From an uncultured archaeon (lineage in GTDB: Archaea > Asgardarchaeota > Thorarchaeia > Thorarchaeales > Thorarchaeaceae), in NCBI GenBank assembly GCA_964458565.1, contig CAYWJO010000017.1:1-60526 (forward strand): a stretch of 60,526 nt of DNA. The letters run 5' to 3'. Position 1 is the stretch's first letter, and every line of letters starts with the position of its first letter. The translations under genes and the position numbers were made by a program. Under the pieces are notes generated by a model, which made no database searches, had not been told where the DNA came from, and worked only from the letters and a program-made list of their open reading frames with translations. This document shows positions 58,728 through 60,526 of the stretch, one piece after another.

Positions 58728-59546
58728 TTATACGGCACACGCATAAAGAATTTCGTTGTCGTATTTGACAAAGTCACAATGTTTCTTTCCTGATTTTAAT
58801 TCCTCATAGAACTGCTGTAAACTTTTTTCTACATGTTCATGAGATAGATGTCCAGATCCATCTTCATTGGCTTCAGGTATGTAGCTATTCATTAGCAAGC
58901 CTGGCGCATCTCTACTGAAACCCATGAGGTCCCCGAAATATTCCATACCCCTCACTTTGCCATCGACAGTGACTATCATTCCTACTTGGTCATCACTGAA
59001 TTTTATCCTCGAAGATCTTCTCCGAAACCTACTTCCTAATTCATCATAAATTGCTCCGAGTGCTCTTGTGTTGGACCTTATTTCCCAGCGAGAGAGCATT
59101 TCATCAACCTTTGCCCAAACCCTACTCTGGTCTGCTCCATCTAACACGAGTTTCCGCAGTGAAACAGGAGTATCTGTCCGGACCCAGTGTGAGTTCTGCG
59201 GAGTCCATCTTCCAGCTTCAATACAAAAGACATCGATGGACTCTTGCCCGTTCACTATTGAACTTCTTCGTACGATACGATCTTGTTTACCCCCTTCTAG
59301 CACTGCTTCACCAACACGGATTAGTGTTGGACTATCTGCTTGAAACGTTAGATGCGGAACATTCCTGGTCTCTCCGATTTGAAGATGACTCATCTCCAAT
59401 GCTATATCTAAAGATAGAATATCGCCATACCTCGGAGCATCACTCTGGAATATCCCTGTGACTGCAATATTGCCTGATATTTGCGGATCAGCTACCTCGC
59501 ATTGCTCAAGCAGTTGAATAATCTCACTAGACCTGCCTACCCCCAT
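58728..59546 (-). CDS. ARPP-1 (DUF6569)-like protein
   Basis: GEAVLEGGKQDRIV, VFCIEAGRW, DQSRVWAKV. Confidence 0.75.
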   Translation of the reverse strand: MGVGRSSEIIQLLEQCEVADPQISGNIAVTGIFQSDAPRYGDILSLDIALEMSHLQIGETRNVPHLTFQADSPTLIRVGEAVLEGGKQDRIVRRSSIVNGQESIDVFCIEAGRWTPQNSHWVRTDTPVSLRKLVLDGADQSRVWAKVDEMLSRWEIRSNTRALGAIYDELGSRFRRRSSRIKFSDDQVGMIVTVDGKVRGMEYFGDLMGFSRDAPGLLMNSYIPEANEDGSGHLSHEHVEKSLQQFYEELKSGKKHCDFVKYDNEILYACAV

Positions 59547-59655
59547 AATGTTTCCTCCTAGTAGGTTCTTCTACAGTATATCCTTTTATCCACGACTTAA
59601 AAACACATATTGGAAAGGACTTGAGCCGCAACTAATGAAGAAATATCCTCGTTTG

Positions 59656-60162
59656 TTATTCTTGAGGTATGCCATAATATGTCATCATATTGACATCTGC
59701 GCCAGCAAGTTTCAGGTACATCCAAAGTTGCATCTTATGCATAGCGATATGGGTGATGAACTCTGGCATATAGTAATCCCACCCTTTGGCATCTCCCTGT
59801 TCATAGAATGGTTTCAACTTCTTCTCAAGAAAATCAGTATCTGTCATATTCTTGAACATGCCATTTACATCCACGATACCTTTTTCGAATAAACTGACCA
59901 TATCTTCCAAGCTCTCACGATTGAGTTCTTTCTCCCATGCCTGTGCAGTTTCGACAGTATCAATTTCCTTTAGATACATACTTGGATCTAGAGACGGGAT
60001 TTGAGCAAGGTGATTCGCAAGTTCTTTTAGAGTTCTCATTCCCTTCCTCGGTGTAAAAGCAAGGTCAACATTCTCTGCAGCTTTTAGAACGACTAGTGCC
60101 TGTTTTGCTTCATGGTTGAATAAATCAAGAAGAATCTCCACAATACTTACCATCTTAATCAC
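59656..60162 (-). CDS. DinB-family protein
   Basis: PRKGMRTLKELANHL...HIAMHKMQLWMYLK. Confidence 0.9.
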   Translation of the reverse strand: MIKMVSIVEILLDLFNHEAKQALVVLKAAENVDLAFTPRKGMRTLKELANHLAQIPSLDPSMYLKEIDTVETAQAWEKELNRESLEDMVSLFEKGIVDVNGMFKNMTDTDFLEKKLKPFYEQGDAKGWDYYMPEFITHIAMHKMQLWMYLKLAGADVNMMTYYGIPQE

Positions 60163-60294
60163 GGAATACTTGTATTCTCACGCCTTTCTATATTTACCTC
60201 TCGGAGTTTCTGTATTCACTCCATCTAATGCATTGGTACAAAAATTGTACCTGAAGAGTATTATCTAAGTTTTAATTATGAATTCTTGAGAAAG

Positions 60295-60526
60295 ATGAAG
60301 GGTGAGAATGTTCAGCTTTTGAAGAAGGTCTTAGTCCTCATCGGTTTGATAATTGCATTATTTGGATTTTCACAACATTTTGCCAATCCTGCAATCGTAG
60401 GGAGTACAAATCGGATTGATGTTTTAGCAAATGATTCATTGATCCTGGACATCGAGTTGCATGTGAGTGATAGTGAACAAACATTTAGACTTGATCTCAC
60501 AGTTATGTACCAACCCGTGGAGAATG
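60295..60526 (+). CDS. 3'-truncated putative exported protein
   Basis: Open frame to the window end with signal-like KKVLVLIGLIIALFGFS. Confidence 0.55.
   Translation, partial: MKGENVQLLKKVLVLIGLIIALFGFSQHFANPAIVGSTNRIDVLANDSLILDIELHVSDSEQTFRLDLTVMYQPVEN

Noticed and set aside
1-60526. CRISPR array, rRNA, tRNA, transposase/integrase, reverse transcriptase
   Set aside because: No regularly spaced repeats, cloverleaf or rRNA motifs, or DDE, Tyr-recombinase or RT motifs were seen by eye. A split or intron-containing tRNA could be missed.

Overview
A gene-dense archaeal chromosomal segment of roughly 40% GC. It is most likely an Asgard archaeon, probably Thorarchaeia. This is inferred from the longin domains, an Arf-like GTPase, large TM-anchored surface proteins and archaeal-type metabolic genes. 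Layout: (1) 1-10.2 kb is an accessory island of surface and secreted proteins ending in a LAGLIDADG relic. (2) 10.3-21.2 kb is a biotin-dependent carboxyltransferase set (PccB/12S-like, 5S/OadA-like, biotin carrier) plus a thiolase-like gene. A ~6 kb islet interrupts it and carries a degenerate duplicate of the pccB 3' end. (3) 21.4-33.7 kb is a co-oriented block of eukaryote-like membrane-trafficking candidates: a uDENN/longin-wHTH protein, a 2423-aa surface protein with an acidic cytoplasmic tail, a longin-Arf GTPase fusion, three coiled-coil proteins (one steadiness-box-like) and a small helical protein. This block lies between the thiolase and its usual DUF35 partner and is the best candidate for an undescribed system. 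(4) 34-60 kb holds mostly housekeeping genes: acyl-CoA dehydrogenase, leuBCD/hac-like genes, FAH, GH36, TPR proteins, HisJ-type PHP, MFS, S8 protease, panB, SCP2, MBL, DUF1858, ARPP-1 and DinB. It also holds two unusual genes: a P2-like ATPase with PINIP in place of PEGL, and a membrane-anchored tandem winged-helix protein resembling UFL1/DDRGK1. Three structured non-coding elements and several pseudogenes were found. No rRNA, tRNA, CRISPR array or intact transposase was seen. All family calls come from motif recognition by eye, without database searches.
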